DNA of 62,189 nt, filler included. It is 3 parts of 3 records of this genome, joined end to end, with 100 filler letters (N's around TTAATTAATTAA, not from the genome) between each part and the next. Parts side by side here need not be neighbours in the genome. Positions count along the whole stretch, not along the records: positions 29,320 to 54,941 come from SRR22947725_2304; positions 55,042 to 62,189 come from SRR22947725_2350; 1 more part is not named here. The stretch is one strand, 5' to 3'. This document shows positions 49,013 to 62,189 of this stretch, piece by piece. A program made the position numbers and the translations under genes. Under the pieces are notes generated by a model, which saw nothing but the letters and a program-made list of their open reading frames with translations, did not search any database and was not told where the DNA came from. The first letter of the stretch is position 1; each line of letters opens with the position of its first letter.

Positions 49013-50545
49013 CTATTGAGAACCGACCAACCGGGGGGCAGTAAAGCCACGCTCTCTCGCATTCTTAAGTTTTTTCTGTAACTCGGTCACCTTCTTGGGG
49101 AATTTCTTGGCCAGATTATTTCTCTGACTGATATCCTTTGCATAGTGGTAAAGTTCGACCTCGTCCTCATCATCTGGAGGATAATTCCGTTTTTCCTCCC
49201 AGCTCTTCTGAACTCTGGAGTGGTATCCTGTTTTACCTACGATCAAATTCCATTCCCCAACCCGAACAGCCCATGAACTTTCACGGGTATTGTGAACATG
49301 TACCGTTCGCGGGTTAGCTTTTTTTCCCTTCAGCAAAGGTAACAGATCATGGGAATCTTCCGCGGCACCATCCGGTAGTTTATACCCGAGTGAAGAGGCA
49401 ATTGTGCCCATGAAATCAATTTGGGAAACCAGCTTATCACAGGTACTTCCCGCCTTGGTCACCCCTGGCCACTTAATTATATAAGGAACATGATGACCTC
49501 CTTCATAGATATCCCTTTTCAATCCGCGAAAAGGTTCGGCCGACCAATGGTCAAAAGTTTCATCGCGTTTGTAGGCATACCCCTCAGGGCCATTGTCCGC
49601 GGTGAAGATAACCATCGTATTATCCGCCTGTCCGCTCTGCTCGAGTGCCTTGAGAATACGGCCACAGGCATCATCGGTTTCATACACAAAATCCCCGTAC
49701 GGTCCGGCACCTGACTTACCATCGAATTCATCGTTGGGAATAATCGGGGCGTGTGGTGACGGAAAAGCAAAATAAAGAAAGAAAGGCTTATCGTTGCTTG
49801 CCTGATTCTTTACGTACTCCACCGCCTTTCCTGTGGTCGTGGGAATATTTTCATACGGGTCCCACCCAGAAAACATCGGTCCCGGGCGACATTCCCAGCC
49901 CCCCTCCTTGATCTTTTTCCATTTGGATGTATCCATCATCGTGTCCGGAATATCGACTACCTTGTCGTTCTCAATCCAACAGTAGGGTGGAAAATTGATA
50001 ACCGTATCACCAAAGTAATAATCAAAGCCATGATCAAGCGGACCATTGGGTATCGACTTGGACCAGTCGAAGGCATCGGGTCCGTATCCAGACTTCTTTC
50101 CTTGCTTAATTGGTTTAGCTCCGGGCTTTTTAATAGCATCCCAGTTCCATCCGAGGTGCCATTTTCCGATCGCGGCGGTCGCATACCCACACTCCTTCAA
50201 CATCTCCGGCATGGTAAGCCTGTCTGAATCGAAAGCGGAATTCCCAAAAGCATTAACGATTCCATGGAACTTGCGCCAATGATGTCTCCCGGTTAGTAAA
50301 GCATAGCGACTGGGCGTACAGATCCCCGAAGAAGAATGACCATCTGTAAAAATCATTCCCTCCTTAGCCAATTTTTCCAAGTGAGGTGTGGGAATTTTTG
50401 ATTTTGGATTCAGAATTTTTAGATCGCCATAGCCAAGATCATCGGCGTACAAAATCAATATGTTCGGTTTTTTGTTTTTCGAACATAACTGCCCCATTAC
50501 CGAAAAGATTAATCCCCAAATAAATATGAAAGTTTTTTTATGCAT
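49013..50545 (-). CDS. Cys-type arylsulfatase (tentatively S1_15-like)
   Basis: [42 protein letters not shown]. Confidence 0.93.
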   Translation of the reverse strand: MHKKTFIFIWGLIFSVMGQLCSKNKKPNILILYADDLGYGDLKILNPKSKIPTPHLEKLAKEGMIFTDGHSSSGICTPSRYALLTGRHHWRKFHGIVNAFGNSAFDSDRLTMPEMLKECGYATAAIGKWHLGWNWDAIKKPGAKPIKQGKKSGYGPDAFDWSKSIPNGPLDHGFDYYFGDTVINFPPYCWIENDKVVDIPDTMMDTSKWKKIKEGGWECRPGPMFSGWDPYENIPTTTGKAVEYVKNQASNDKPFFLYFAFPSPHAPIIPNDEFDGKSGAGPYGDFVYETDDACGRILKALEQSGQADNTMVIFTADNGPEGYAYKRDETFDHWSAEPFRGLKRDIYEGGHHVPYIIKWPGVTKAGSTCDKLVSQIDFMGTIASSLGYKLPDGAAEDSHDLLPLLKGKKANPRTVHVHNTRESSWAVRVGEWNLIVGKTGYHSRVQKSWEEKRNYPPDDEDEVELYHYAKDISQRNNLAKKFPKKVTELQKKLKNARERGFTAPRLVGSQ

Positions 50546-50631
50546 ACGGGTTTTTACACTTATCCACAGATGGAGGAAACCTAATTTTATTCCTTCAGTA
50601 ATAAATTATATCTAGGGAACATTAGTCTTTT

Positions 50632-52116
50632 ATGAAATCATTCCTTTCACTCACGATATCACTCTTATTTTGTAGTGGCACATTAAATGCCACCGATAAA
50701 GAACAACCCAACATCCTCTTCATCTTTACCGATGATCATGCATTAAATGCCATCTCTGCCTACGGTGGGCCCTTAGCCAAGATTGCTCCGACTCCTCATC
50801 TCGATCGAATTGCAAAGGAAGGAATGATGTTTAATCACTGTCTGGTCACCAATTCAATTTGCGCACCTTCCCGTGCGGTCGTCCTTACCGGAAAGTACTC
50901 ACATTTGAATGGACAGTTGACCAACAAAAATGTTTTCGATGGCAGCCAGCAAACGGTTCCCAAGTTATTGAAGAAAACTGGGTATCAGACTGCTATAGTT
51001 GGTAAATGGCATCTTAAATCGACTCCCACAGGATTCGATCATTTCGAGGTTCTGAAAGGACAGGGGCAATACTATAATCCTATGCTCTTTACCAATGGAA
51101 AAAATACTGACCATGTTGGATACACCACGGATGTAATCACAGATCAGGCACTTACCTGGCTTGACCAACGGGATCCCGACAAGCCGTTCTTTCTCATGTG
51201 CCAACACAAAGCCCCGCACGGCAAATGGGAGCCTGCCCTCCGTCATCTCCATGAATTTGATGACATCGAAATCCCGGAACCCACCACCCTGTTTGACGAT
51301 TATTCGGGTCGTAGTCCCGCTTCCGCTCAACACAAAATGGGCATTGCCGATCATATCGGTGAAAAACGACTCATGATCAGCTATGCAAGCAAGTTTACCC
51401 CCGAGCAATTTAAACAGTTCGACCAAGCCTTCCGTCCCAAAAACAAAGCTTTTATTAAAGCAGATCTTACCGGGAAAGATCGTACCCGTTGGCACTATCA
51501 AAGGTACATCAAGAACTATCTGCGCTGTGTAAAAGCAGTGGATGAGAACATTGGCCGAATGCTCGACTACCTTGATCGTAAAAAACTGACTAAAAACACC
51601 ATCGTAATTTATAGTTCAGACCAGGGATTCTGGCTCGGAGAACATGGCTGGTTTGACAAACGCTGGATGTACGAGGAAAGCCTTCACACTCCCCTTCTGA
51701 TTCGCTGGCCCAATAGAATTAAGCCTTCGAGTAAAAATGAATTATTGGTTTCCAACCTAGATTTCGCTCCTACTTTTCTGGAACTTGCCGGAGCGAAACC
51801 TGCCAAGGATATGCAGGGCGAATCCCTACTTCCTCTTTTCAAGGGTAATACTCCGAAACACTGGAGAATGACACATTACTATCATTACTATGAAGCAGGT
51901 GGACACGGGGTCCCGATTCACTATGGGGTAACGGATGGCAAACAAAAGCTGATCCGTTTTCCGGACAATACTCTTAACACCTGGGAATTCTTTGATCTCG
52001 AAGCGGACCCGATGGAAATGAAGAATCTTTATGCAGAGAAATCCTACCGCACCAATATTCAGTCGATGAAAAAAGAACTTCATCGACTTCGGAAGCTTTA
52101 TAAAATTGAAGATTAA
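50632..52116 (+). CDS. Cys-type sulfatase (GlcNAc-6-sulfatase / S1_11-like)
   Basis: PNILFIFTDDH, NSICAPSRA, HKAPH, SDQGF.LGEHGWFDKR.MYEES. Confidence 0.93.
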   Translation: MKSFLSLTISLLFCSGTLNATDKEQPNILFIFTDDHALNAISAYGGPLAKIAPTPHLDRIAKEGMMFNHCLVTNSICAPSRAVVLTGKYSHLNGQLTNKNVFDGSQQTVPKLLKKTGYQTAIVGKWHLKSTPTGFDHFEVLKGQGQYYNPMLFTNGKNTDHVGYTTDVITDQALTWLDQRDPDKPFFLMCQHKAPHGKWEPALRHLHEFDDIEIPEPTTLFDDYSGRSPASAQHKMGIADHIGEKRLMISYASKFTPEQFKQFDQAFRPKNKAFIKADLTGKDRTRWHYQRYIKNYLRCVKAVDENIGRMLDYLDRKKLTKNTIVIYSSDQGFWLGEHGWFDKRWMYEESLHTPLLIRWPNRIKPSSKNELLVSNLDFAPTFLELAGAKPAKDMQGESLLPLFKGNTPKHWRMTHYYHYYEAGGHGVPIHYGVTDGKQKLIRFPDNTLNTWEFFDLEADPMEMKNLYAEKSYRTNIQSMKKELHRLRKLYKIED

Positions 52117-52119
52117 ACC

Positions 52120-54941
52120 ATGACCGCACTTACTCATCTTATTCTTTCACTGGCTTTCAGTTTTCTGTTTCTCTACATACCACTGCAGGCAAAAAATAAG
52201 CCCAATGTTCTCTTCCTTGCCGTAGATGACATGAACGATTGGATCGGTTGTCTTGGTAAGAACCCACGGGCCATCACCCCCAACATAGACAAACTCGCCA
52301 AAAGCGGAGTTAACTTCAGCAATGCCCACACTGCCGGTGTCTTCTGTGCCCCGAGTCGGGCCGCCATCTTTTCCGGCCAGTTTGCCTCGACCACCGGTTG
52401 CTATCAGAGTGCCAATTACTTTGTGGATCATCCGGAGATTGAATCCCTGCAAACCAGCTTCACCAAGGCCGGGTATTCAACCTATGGAGCAGGTAAACTT
52501 TTCCATCACCCAGCCGGAGCGATTGATGTGAGGGATTGGACACACTTCTTTCTGCGCAATCCTGAGCAAAGGCAAACGGGATGGCCCATGAATTCTTGGA
52601 GCGAAGAAACCCCATTCCCTAACCCCTTTCCCGCAAGCATCTACAACCGCGGACAGGAAATCACTGGCGGCATGTTTCTCGAATGGGCCGGTATCCCCAA
52701 CAATAAAGAAGAGTATATGGCAGATACAAAGCGGGCGAACTGGGCGGTTGAACAATTAAAGAAGAAGCACAGCAAGCCTTTCTTTCTAGCCGTTGGTCTC
52801 TACGCCCCCCACTACCCCAACTATTGCCCACAAAAATATTTTGATCTCTACCATCCGCAAAAAATAGCACTCCCCCCAATTAAGAAAGACGACTTGGCTG
52901 ATCTTCCCGAGAAGATCAAAAAAATGAAAACGGCCCGTTCCCGAATCGTGCAAAAACTGCAGTCCTTGGATGCATGGGATGATGCCATTCATGGCTACCT
53001 TGCCAATATCAGTTATGCCGATGCCATGATTGGCCGTGTCCTCGACGCCCTGAAAGCAAGCCCCTATGCCGATAATACCATCGTCGTTCTATGGAGTGAT
53101 CATGGATATCATCTGGGCGAAAAAGGAGACTGGGGAAAACACACCCTATGGGAAAGGACCTCCAATGTTCCATTCATTTGGTCGGGTCCTGGAGTGGCTA
53201 AGAACAAGACAACCAATGTCAGCGTCAGTCTGATCGATATGTATCCGACCCTTGTCGAGATGTGCGGACTTCCTCAAACCAAGCAAAGGCTCGAAGGAAC
53301 TTCCATCGCATCCACCTTAGCCACCCCGGACAATGCCGAAGACCGCTCCGTTTTTCTTCCCCATATGCATCCGGGAGAATATGCGATCATCAACCGCGAT
53401 TGGCGCTACATCCGATACGGAGAGGATGGGGAGGAACTCTATAACCTAAATATAGATCCGAATGAATGGAACAACCTTGCCGGAGAAAAAAAATACGCCA
53501 AGATCAAGAACCGTTTGGCATCCTTCGCCCCGCAGGAATTCGCCCCGCAGGCCAAGAAACTTAACGCCAAAAAGGACCTGTTCGTAAAGGATGGTTCCTA
53601 CAAATGGATTCCAGGCAAGGGGAACATGAAGAAAGCCAAACCCTATCGGCCAGGTACCACGCCTTCAGTTTCTCCGAAAACGGTAAAACCCAAAAGAAAG
53701 AACATCCTCTTTGTGGTCTGCGATGATCTCAACACCCATGTTTCCACTTCCGGGTACGAACCCATCACCACTCCCAACCTTGCCAAACTTGCCAAGGAAT
53801 CGATCACTTTCAACCGGGCCTTTTGTCAGTATCCCGTCTGCGGACCGTCCCGAGCATCTTTCCTCAGTGGTTTGTACCCACAAAGCACCGGGGTTCTCAA
53901 CAATACCTTCGACATCAGAAAAACCCGACCCGGCACGATTTCCATGCCCCAGTTCTTTAAGGAGAATGGATACTGGACGGCCGGCGTAGGCAAGGTCTTC
54001 CATAACACCAAAAGTGATCATGGAGAAATTGCCTGGCACGAAAATTTGCGATTCGAAAATGACGAACTCGCGGTCGTCCGGGAAGCACGATTGAACTTCG
54101 AAACCGAGCACGGTTCCATCGACAAGCAAGCAAACAAGAAAAAATGGAAAGAGCTCAAAAAACGAGTTTCCGCCAAACTGGACGCCCAAACTCCCCCCGG
54201 TCGTGGACGAAGTGGACTAACTGATGCCCAGCACAAAGACGGCAAGAATGCCCGTCAGGTCGTACGATGGCTGGAGGATAAAGATTACGGTAACAAACCA
54301 TTTTTCATCGCCTTGGGATTACAAAAACCACATGTCCCCTTCCTTGCTCCCGATAAGTACTTCGATCTTTATCCCTTTGACAAAATCACCTACAAAACAG
54401 ATCGGTTAAATCTTTGGGACTTTTTGCCTCAATCCGCTCTTTCGAAAAGATATGAGGCTTTCGGATTCAATTTCGCCAAAGAAAACCAAGCCCTGCGCAA
54501 AGAATATATGCAGGCCTACCATGCCTGCGTCAGCTTTATTGATGCCCAACTTGGACTTGTAATGGACAGTCTCAAGAAACAGGGTCTTTGGGAAGACACA
54601 GTAATCGTGTTTACTTCGGACCACGGCTATCACTTGGGAGATCATTTTATCTGGGGCAAAGTCACTCTTTTTGATATCGGAGCAAAAGTACCTTTCATCG
54701 TACGAGCACCCGGTTTATCGAAGCCAAGGACTACATCCGAAGCGATGGTCGAATTGGTCGACATCTACCCAACACTTGCCGATCTTGCTGGCTTGAAGGC
54801 TCCGATTCATTTACAGGGATCATCTCTTCGCCCACTACTCGGCAACCCGGAGAGACTGGGTAAAAAGAAATATGCTTATAGCGTGGTTACACGTGGCCCA
54901 AAAAAACTCGGCTATGCCCTCCGCAACCAAAACTGGCGATA
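52120..54941 (+). CDS. Tandem double sulfatase (two S1_7 / iduronate-sulfatase-like domains), 3' truncated
   Basis: Domain 1 [10 protein letters not shown]...CAPSR; domain 2 [10 protein letters not shown]...CGPSR; frame runs into the N spacer. Confidence 0.9.
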
Positions 54942-55041
54942 NNNNNNNNNNNNNNNNNNNNNNNNNNNNNNNNNNNNNNNNNNNNTTAATTAATTAANNN
55001 NNNNNNNNNNNNNNNNNNNNNNNNNNNNNNNNNNNNNNNNN
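54942..55041. other. Artificial contig spacer
   Basis: N44-TTAATTAATTAA-N44, identical in design to the first spacer. Confidence 0.99.
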
Positions 55042-56328
<1,287 letters not shown>

Positions 56329-56333
56329 CTAAT

Positions 56334-57554
56334 TTATAAATTTAATAATAATCTTTCAGGCGACTCTAACTGCTCCTTAATTGAAACAAGGAACCTAACT
56401 GCCTCTTTGCCATCTAATAGTCTATGATCATAACTCATAGCTAAATACATCATAGGCCTAATAACAACCTCTCCATTAATGGCTACAGGTCTTTCTTGAA
56501 TAGAATGCATTCCCAATATAGCAGTTTGAGGTGCGTTAAGTATCGGGGTTGATAGCAAAGAACCAAATACACCACCATTAGAAATAGTAAAAGTTCCTCC
56601 TTGCATTTCCTCAATTGTTAGCTTGCTATCTCTAGCTTTTTCAGAGTACTCAAGAATCGATTTCTCAAGCTCTGGCAAAGATTTAGCATCAGCATCTTTT
56701 ATAACTGGCACTACCAAACCTCTTTCAGTTGATACTGCTACACCAATATCTTGATATCCATGATAAACAACATCTGAGCCGTCAATTGAAGCATTAACAA
56801 CTGGAAACTTCTTCAAGGCTTGAACAGCAGCAACTACAAAAAATCCCATAAAACCTAGTTTTACTCCATGCTGCTTTTCGAACTCTTGACCATATTTTGA
56901 TCTTAATTCTTTTATTGGAAGCATATCAACCTCATTAAAAGTTGTTAGCATTGCGGTTTCTTGTTGAACTGAAACGAGTCTTTGGGCAATAGTATTTCTT
57001 AGTCTACTCATTGGGACTCTTTTTTCAGGTCTATTTGATGAATTAATTGATGAAGAATCTGAAGCACTTGGTTCAAAAGATGATTCAAGATGATTTATAA
57101 CATCAGCTTTTGTGATTCGTTGATCTTTTCCAGATGCTTTTATTAAAGATGAATCTAAATTATTTTCAACGATAAGTTTTTTTGCTGCTGGTCCAGATTT
57201 TTTTGTATTTGCTTCTGTTTTAGTTTCTGATTCCTCATCTTTAATAGTTGAAATATTAACCTTATCAACTTGATCAACCTTATTTAAATTTTTCTCTTGT
57301 TTGTTAGTGACTTCTGATGTTTCATCAAATTTACCAATAACTTCAGCACTATTAACAATATCTCCTTCATTTTTAATAATTTTTGTTAGAACCCCATTAG
57401 AAGGTGCAACGACTTCAAGAACAACTTTGTCGGTTTCTATCTCAGCAAGAATTTCATCTTGAGCTACTGAATCTCCTTCTTTTTTTACCCAATTTGCAAC
57501 AGTTCCATCAGCAACTGATTCTGGAAATGTTGGTGATTTAATTTCAATTGTCAT
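56334..57554 (-). CDS. sucB: 2-oxoglutarate dehydrogenase E2 (dihydrolipoyl succinyltransferase)
   Basis: Lipoyl motif [25 protein letters not shown]. Confidence 0.97.
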   Translation of the reverse strand: MTIEIKSPTFPESVADGTVANWVKKEGDSVAQDEILAEIETDKVVLEVVAPSNGVLTKIIKNEGDIVNSAEVIGKFDETSEVTNKQEKNLNKVDQVDKVNISTIKDEESETKTEANTKKSGPAAKKLIVENNLDSSLIKASGKDQRITKADVINHLESSFEPSASDSSSINSSNRPEKRVPMSRLRNTIAQRLVSVQQETAMLTTFNEVDMLPIKELRSKYGQEFEKQHGVKLGFMGFFVVAAVQALKKFPVVNASIDGSDVVYHGYQDIGVAVSTERGLVVPVIKDADAKSLPELEKSILEYSEKARDSKLTIEEMQGGTFTISNGGVFGSLLSTPILNAPQTAILGMHSIQERPVAINGEVVIRPMMYLAMSYDHRLLDGKEAVRFLVSIKEQLESPERLLLNL

Positions 57555-57562
57555 AATTTTCC

Positions 57563-60376
57563 CTATTGTAAAGCTTCTGTAACAAGATTACTTTGTTGTT
57601 CTAAATGTAATTTCATCATTCCAACTGCTGGAGCTGCAGCAGGCGGCCTGCTAACTAGTGTAATTTCTTTATTTTCTCTCAATCTATCTAAAACTCTTTG
57701 AAGCCTGTGTCTATGGCTAAACCAAGCGCCTTGGTTTTGTGGCTCTTCCTGACACCAGACTATGTCTTCAACATTTTTATATTCCTTTAACACTTCCTCA
57801 AGATCATCATATGGAAATGGATAAAGTTGTTCAATTCTTACAATTGCAATATGCTCTTTTAGCTCAGTATTTTTTCTCTCCTTTAGATCATAAAAAACTT
57901 TACCAGAACATAAGACAACCTTTTTTATCTTAGACTTTTTTTGTACAACATCATCAATCACGCAATTAAAAGAACCTTCAGTAAGATCTTGAAGTGATGA
58001 TGTTGCCATGGGATTTCTTAACAAACTTTTAGGTGAAATAACTATTAAAGGGGTTCTCATTTTTCTAATTGCTTGCCTTCTTAATAAGTGAAAAATCTGC
58101 GATGGTGAGCTTGGAATACAAACTTGAATATTTTCTGAAGCACATAACTGAAGAAATCTTTCAATTCTAGCGCTACTATGTTCAGGTCCTTGACCTTCAT
58201 ATCCGTGGGGTAAAAGCATTACTAAGCCTGATAACCTTTCCCATTTATGTTGAGCTGAAACTATAAATTGATCGATAACAACCTGGGCACCATTAACAAA
58301 ATCACCAAATTGAGCTTCCCAGATAGTTAACCCAGTTGGCCATGTAGCAGAATATCCATATTCAAAACCTAAAACAGCTTCTTCTGAAAGCAATGAATCA
58401 TATATATCAAATCTTGTATTATTGTCATTAGCTATTTTTGATAAAGGAATATAGCCTTCTCCTGAATCTTTATCAAAAACACAAGCATGTCTATGAGAAA
58501 ACGTCCCCCTTCTGACATCCTGCCCCGTAATTCTTATAGGGAAACCCTCTTGAAGTAATGATGCATAAGCCATACTTTCAGCATAACCCCAATTAATACC
58601 TAGACTTCCTTCAGTCATCTTTTTTCTATCGTTAAAAATTTTGGATGCTTGATTTCCTAATTGAAATGAATCAGGAACTTCACAAATCTGCGTAGCTAAA
58701 GATATAAATTTTTTAGCCTTAAAGGATGTATCGACTTTAGGCCACCATAAAACATTCATATAATCAGTCCAGTCAAACCAAAGTGAGGTGTTTGAGTGAT
58801 CTGCTAAACTCTTTGCAACTGTTTTTCCGCCTTCTAAAGATTTTCTATAAGTGTTTTTAATTTCTAATGCTAATTCTTTGGATATAAAACCTTCTATCAT
58901 TAATTTTTCTTGATATTGATTAAGAACAGATGGGTGCTTTGCGATTTTCTTGTACATTGTTGGTTGTGTAGCTGATGGATCGTCTGCTTCATTATGACCT
59001 CTTCTTCTATAACAAAATAAATCAATAACAACATCTTTATTGAATTTTTCTCTATATTTACATGCTATTTTTACTGCCTTGATAACCATTTCAGGATCAT
59101 CTCCATTAACATGAATTACAGGGGCTTGAATCATTTTTGCAACATCTGTTGAATAGTCAGTTGATCTTGCATCATTTTTATTGCTAGTAGTAAAACCAAT
59201 CTGATTATTTACAATTATGTGTATTGCGCCCCCAACATTAAAGCCTCTAGTTTGGGACATTTGCAGAGATTCCATCACAACTCCCTGTCCTGAAAAAGAT
59301 GCATCACCATGAAGTAAAACTGGTACTACTTTTTTTCTTTTATTATCTTCTAGCCTATCTTGTCTTGCTCTAACAGACCCTAGCACTACTGGATCTACTA
59401 TTTCTAAATGTGATGGATTATTATTCAGGGATACATGAACCTCGCCACCAGGAGTATTAATATTAGATGAAAAGCCTAAATGATATTTAACATCGCCGGT
59501 ATTTGCTCCTTCCAATTCTCCGGTTTCATCAAATGCAGAAAATAGATCTGCCGGAAGTTTTCCTAAAACATTTACTAATAAATTTAATCTTCCTCTGTGA
59601 GCCATACCAAAACATATTTGGTTAGCGCCAAGTCTTCCACAATTTTGTATAACAGCATCAACTAGTGGGACTAAAGATTCACTTCCATCAATACCAAACC
59701 TCTTCATACCTGGATATTTAGCAGCTAAATACTTTGCCAACCCTTCAGCAGAATTTAATCTTTCATAAATATGTAATTTTTCATCCTTTGTAAAAGAATA
59801 AGATTCAATTTTTGATTCAAATTGTTTTTGGAACCACCTTCTTTCGTTTGAATTCATTATATAGTTATATTCAACGCCTATATTTCCACAATAGATCCTT
59901 CTTAAATCCTCTATGATGTTTCGTAAACTAGATTTTTTAGTATCAGAATTACCAGCATTAAATGTATCTGTATAGAATTCAGTATCCAAATCGTCTTGTG
60001 ATAATCCATGAAACTCAATGTTAAGATCTTCGATTGGATTTCTTTCCATGATACCCAGTGGATCTAATGTTGCTTCTTGATGGCCTCTATTTCTATAGGC
60101 TTGTATAAGTCTTATAACTTTTCCTTGCCTTTCATCTATCTCTTCTTTTGTTGATACAGCTCCTCTTGATAGATTTTTAAATTCATTGATTATGCTTTGA
60201 TGGGATACGTCCCCATTTTTATTAGATCCTCTAGGGAGATTTGCAAAGAAATCGCGCCATTCTTTTGAAAGGTTTTCCGGATTGGTTAAATATGTTTCGT
60301 AAAGATTTTCTAGGTAGGCTGCATGTCCTGCTGACAAATGTGAACTCCCCCATAGTTCTTGCATTAATTGGCTCAT
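57563..60376 (-). CDS. sucA: 2-oxoglutarate dehydrogenase E1
   Basis: [48 protein letters not shown]. Confidence 0.98.
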   Translation of the reverse strand: MSQLMQELWGSSHLSAGHAAYLENLYETYLTNPENLSKEWRDFFANLPRGSNKNGDVSHQSIINEFKNLSRGAVSTKEEIDERQGKVIRLIQAYRNRGHQEATLDPLGIMERNPIEDLNIEFHGLSQDDLDTEFYTDTFNAGNSDTKKSSLRNIIEDLRRIYCGNIGVEYNYIMNSNERRWFQKQFESKIESYSFTKDEKLHIYERLNSAEGLAKYLAAKYPGMKRFGIDGSESLVPLVDAVIQNCGRLGANQICFGMAHRGRLNLLVNVLGKLPADLFSAFDETGELEGANTGDVKYHLGFSSNINTPGGEVHVSLNNNPSHLEIVDPVVLGSVRARQDRLEDNKRKKVVPVLLHGDASFSGQGVVMESLQMSQTRGFNVGGAIHIIVNNQIGFTTSNKNDARSTDYSTDVAKMIQAPVIHVNGDDPEMVIKAVKIACKYREKFNKDVVIDLFCYRRRGHNEADDPSATQPTMYKKIAKHPSVLNQYQEKLMIEGFISKELALEIKNTYRKSLEGGKTVAKSLADHSNTSLWFDWTDYMNVLWWPKVDTSFKAKKFISLATQICEVPDSFQLGNQASKIFNDRKKMTEGSLGINWGYAESMAYASLLQEGFPIRITGQDVRRGTFSHRHACVFDKDSGEGYIPLSKIANDNNTRFDIYDSLLSEEAVLGFEYGYSATWPTGLTIWEAQFGDFVNGAQVVIDQFIVSAQHKWERLSGLVMLLPHGYEGQGPEHSSARIERFLQLCASENIQVCIPSSPSQIFHLLRRQAIRKMRTPLIVISPKSLLRNPMATSSLQDLTEGSFNCVIDDVVQKKSKIKKVVLCSGKVFYDLKERKNTELKEHIAIVRIEQLYPFPYDDLEEVLKEYKNVEDIVWCQEEPQNQGAWFSHRHRLQRVLDRLRENKEITLVSRPPAAAPAVGMMKLHLEQQSNLVTEALQ

Positions 60377-60382
60377 CGCTTC

Positions 60383-61129
60383 TTAATTCATAACCCCATC
60401 TGAAGTAATAATTTCTTTTTTATCTTTTAAAAGCATTGTTTTAATTTTACCAATGGCTTTATTTGGATTTAACCCTTTCGGGCATGAGCTTACACAGTTC
60501 ATTATTCCATGACATCTGTATACACTGAATGGATCGGACAGCTCGTCAAGCCTTTCATTTGTCTTAAGATCTCTAGTATCAGCTAGGAATCTATATGCCT
60601 GAAGTAAGGCTGCTGGACCCAAAAACTTATCAGGGTTCCACCAAAAAGATGGGCAGCTTGTAGAACAACATGCACATAAAATACATTCATACAAACCATC
60701 TAATTTGTCTCTATCTGCTGGTGACTGAAGTCTTTCTTGCTCAGGAGCAGTAGTGTTATTTTGTAAAAAAGGTTTAATTTTCTCATATTGAGCATAAAAT
60801 TCTGTCATATCAACCACTAAATCTCTAATCACAGGCAGTCCAGGCAGTGGTCTAAGTTCTATTTTATTATTTTTTAGGATAGATGATATTGGTGTAATAC
60901 ATGCGAGGCCATTTTTACCATTGATATTCATACCATCTGATCCACAAACTCCTTCTCTGCATGACCTTCTATATGATATTGATTCATCTTGCTCTTTTAG
61001 CAAATGAAGTAAATCAAGAACCATGATGTCTTTTGCAGGCTTCTCTATGCTGTAGTTCTTAATGTATGGAAATTTATCCTGCTCTGGATTGTATCTATAC
61101 ATATTAATTTCAAGTATATCTTTTGCCAT
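60383..61129 (-). CDS. sdhB: Succinate dehydrogenase iron-sulfur subunit
   Basis: SCREGVCGSD, CILCACCSTSCP, CHGIMNCVSSCP. Confidence 0.98.
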   Translation of the reverse strand: MAKDILEINMYRYNPEQDKFPYIKNYSIEKPAKDIMVLDLLHLLKEQDESISYRRSCREGVCGSDGMNINGKNGLACITPISSILKNNKIELRPLPGLPVIRDLVVDMTEFYAQYEKIKPFLQNNTTAPEQERLQSPADRDKLDGLYECILCACCSTSCPSFWWNPDKFLGPAALLQAYRFLADTRDLKTNERLDELSDPFSVYRCHGIMNCVSSCPKGLNPNKAIGKIKTMLLKDKKEIITSDGVMN

Positions 61130-62189
61130 TTAATAGGTCCTTACAATTGGTGGAAATGCTTCAACTTCAGAAGGACTAAAATTTACGTCTCTTTTTGAAA
61201 TTGATTTAGATTGTGGGTCATAAAGTGAGTGACATAACCAGTTTTCATCATCTCTTTCTGGGTAATCATCTCTCGCATGAGCTCCTCTACTCTCATTTCT
61301 ACTATAAGCAGCAATAGCAGTCGCTTCTGCAACTTCAAATAAATTTTGTAACTCAATCGCCTCTACTCTGCTTGTATTGAAAGCATTACTTTTATCCTTT
61401 AAATGAAGATTGCTGACTTTATCACTTATCTCTTTGAGTTCATTTAAGCCTTTTTGCATAAATTCACCACGCCTGAAAACTCCGAAGTAATTTTGCATAC
61501 ATTCTTGAAGCTGTTTCTTAACATCCGCTGTATCATATCCACTATTAGATTCATTTAATTTATTTAGCCTTTCCAAAGCTGCATCTATATCATCTGAACC
61601 TGCAGACTTTACCCCTCCACCAGATTTTATTTCTTCCTGAATAAACATTCCTGTTGCTCTTCCAAATACGACTAGATCAAGTAATGAATTTCCTCCAAGT
61701 CTGTTTGCTCCATGAACTGATACACATGCAGCCTCTCCTGCAGCAAATAATCCAGGAACTATAGAATCAATTTCATCAACTCTATTAAATGCCTGTCCAT
61801 TAATGTTAGTAGGTGTGCCACCCATCATGTAGTGACATGTAGGAACTACAGGTATGGGTTCAAATATTGGATCAACATGAGCAAAAGTTCTAGATAGTTC
61901 ACATATCCCTGGAAGTTTTGCATTTAATACATCTGCTCCAAGATGATCTAGTTTTAGAAAAATATGATCTTGATTTTCTCCACATCCTCTACCCTCAAGA
62001 ATTTCTAAGACCATAGACCTAGCAACCACATCTCTTCCAGCTAAATCCTTTACATTAGGGGCATACCTTTCCATAAACCTTTCGCCATCTTTATTTATTA
62101 GATAGCCGCCTTCTCCCCTGCAACCTTCGGTAACAAGAGACCCTGCACCATAAATGCCTGTTGGATGAAATTGCCACATTTCCATATCT
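61130..62189 (-). CDS. sdhA: Succinate dehydrogenase flavoprotein subunit (5' part outside the window)
   Basis: [45 protein letters not shown]. Confidence 0.97.
   Translation of the reverse strand, partial: DMEMWQFHPTGIYGAGSLVTEGCRGEGGYLINKDGERFMERYAPNVKDLAGRDVVARSMVLEILEGRGCGENQDHIFLKLDHLGADVLNAKLPGICELSRTFAHVDPIFEPIPVVPTCHYMMGGTPTNINGQAFNRVDEIDSIVPGLFAAGEAACVSVHGANRLGGNSLLDLVVFGRATGMFIQEEIKSGGGVKSAGSDDIDAALERLNKLNESNSGYDTADVKKQLQECMQNYFGVFRRGEFMQKGLNELKEISDKVSNLHLKDKSNAFNTSRVEAIELQNLFEVAEATAIAAYSRNESRGAHARDDYPERDDENWLCHSLYDPQSKSISKRDVNFSPSEVEAFPPIVRTY

Noticed and set aside
50560-50568. Perfect DnaA box TTATCCACA between divergent sulfatases
   Set aside because: Single copy with no cluster or replication genes nearby; compatible with chance.
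53524-53551. 13-nt direct repeat TTCGCCCCGCAGG with a 15-nt period
   Set aside because: Two copies only, in frame ([10 protein letters not shown]) near a domain end; a small local duplication, not an array.

Overview
The window is three separate contigs joined by artificial 100-nt spacers (N44-TTAATTAATTAA-N44 at 29220-29319 and 54942-55041). Segment 1 (1-29219) looks like a marine Verrucomicrobiota (Opitutales-like) chromosome: lipoproteins, glgB, lptD, trxA, menA, four prepilin-type genes, murJ, a PP2C phosphatase, a DinG helicase, an LRR surface protein, an OprP-like porin, a CII-like regulator, monomeric icd and a sulfatase. It ends in a REP-like palindromic element. Segment 2 (29320-54941) is a sulfated-glycan utilisation island and holds the best candidate for a new system. 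An operon encodes a GH43 xylosidase, a GPH sugar symporter and a 2059-aa secreted four-enzyme fusion (GH26 beta-1,3-xylanase-like + GH3 + sulfatase + GH30). It converges on a second operon encoding a blue-copper/PA14 protein and a beta-propeller protein. Both operons carry the same 36-bp upstream motif (29/36 identical) at the same distance from a TAnnnT -10 box, which suggests one regulon coupling xylan hydrolysis to a periplasmic copper redox module. Segment 3 (55042-62189) is an AT-rich gammaproteobacterial-type sdhA-sdhB-sucA-sucB-lpdA operon, probably from a different organism. All family and taxon assignments come from motif recognition by eye; no database searches were run.
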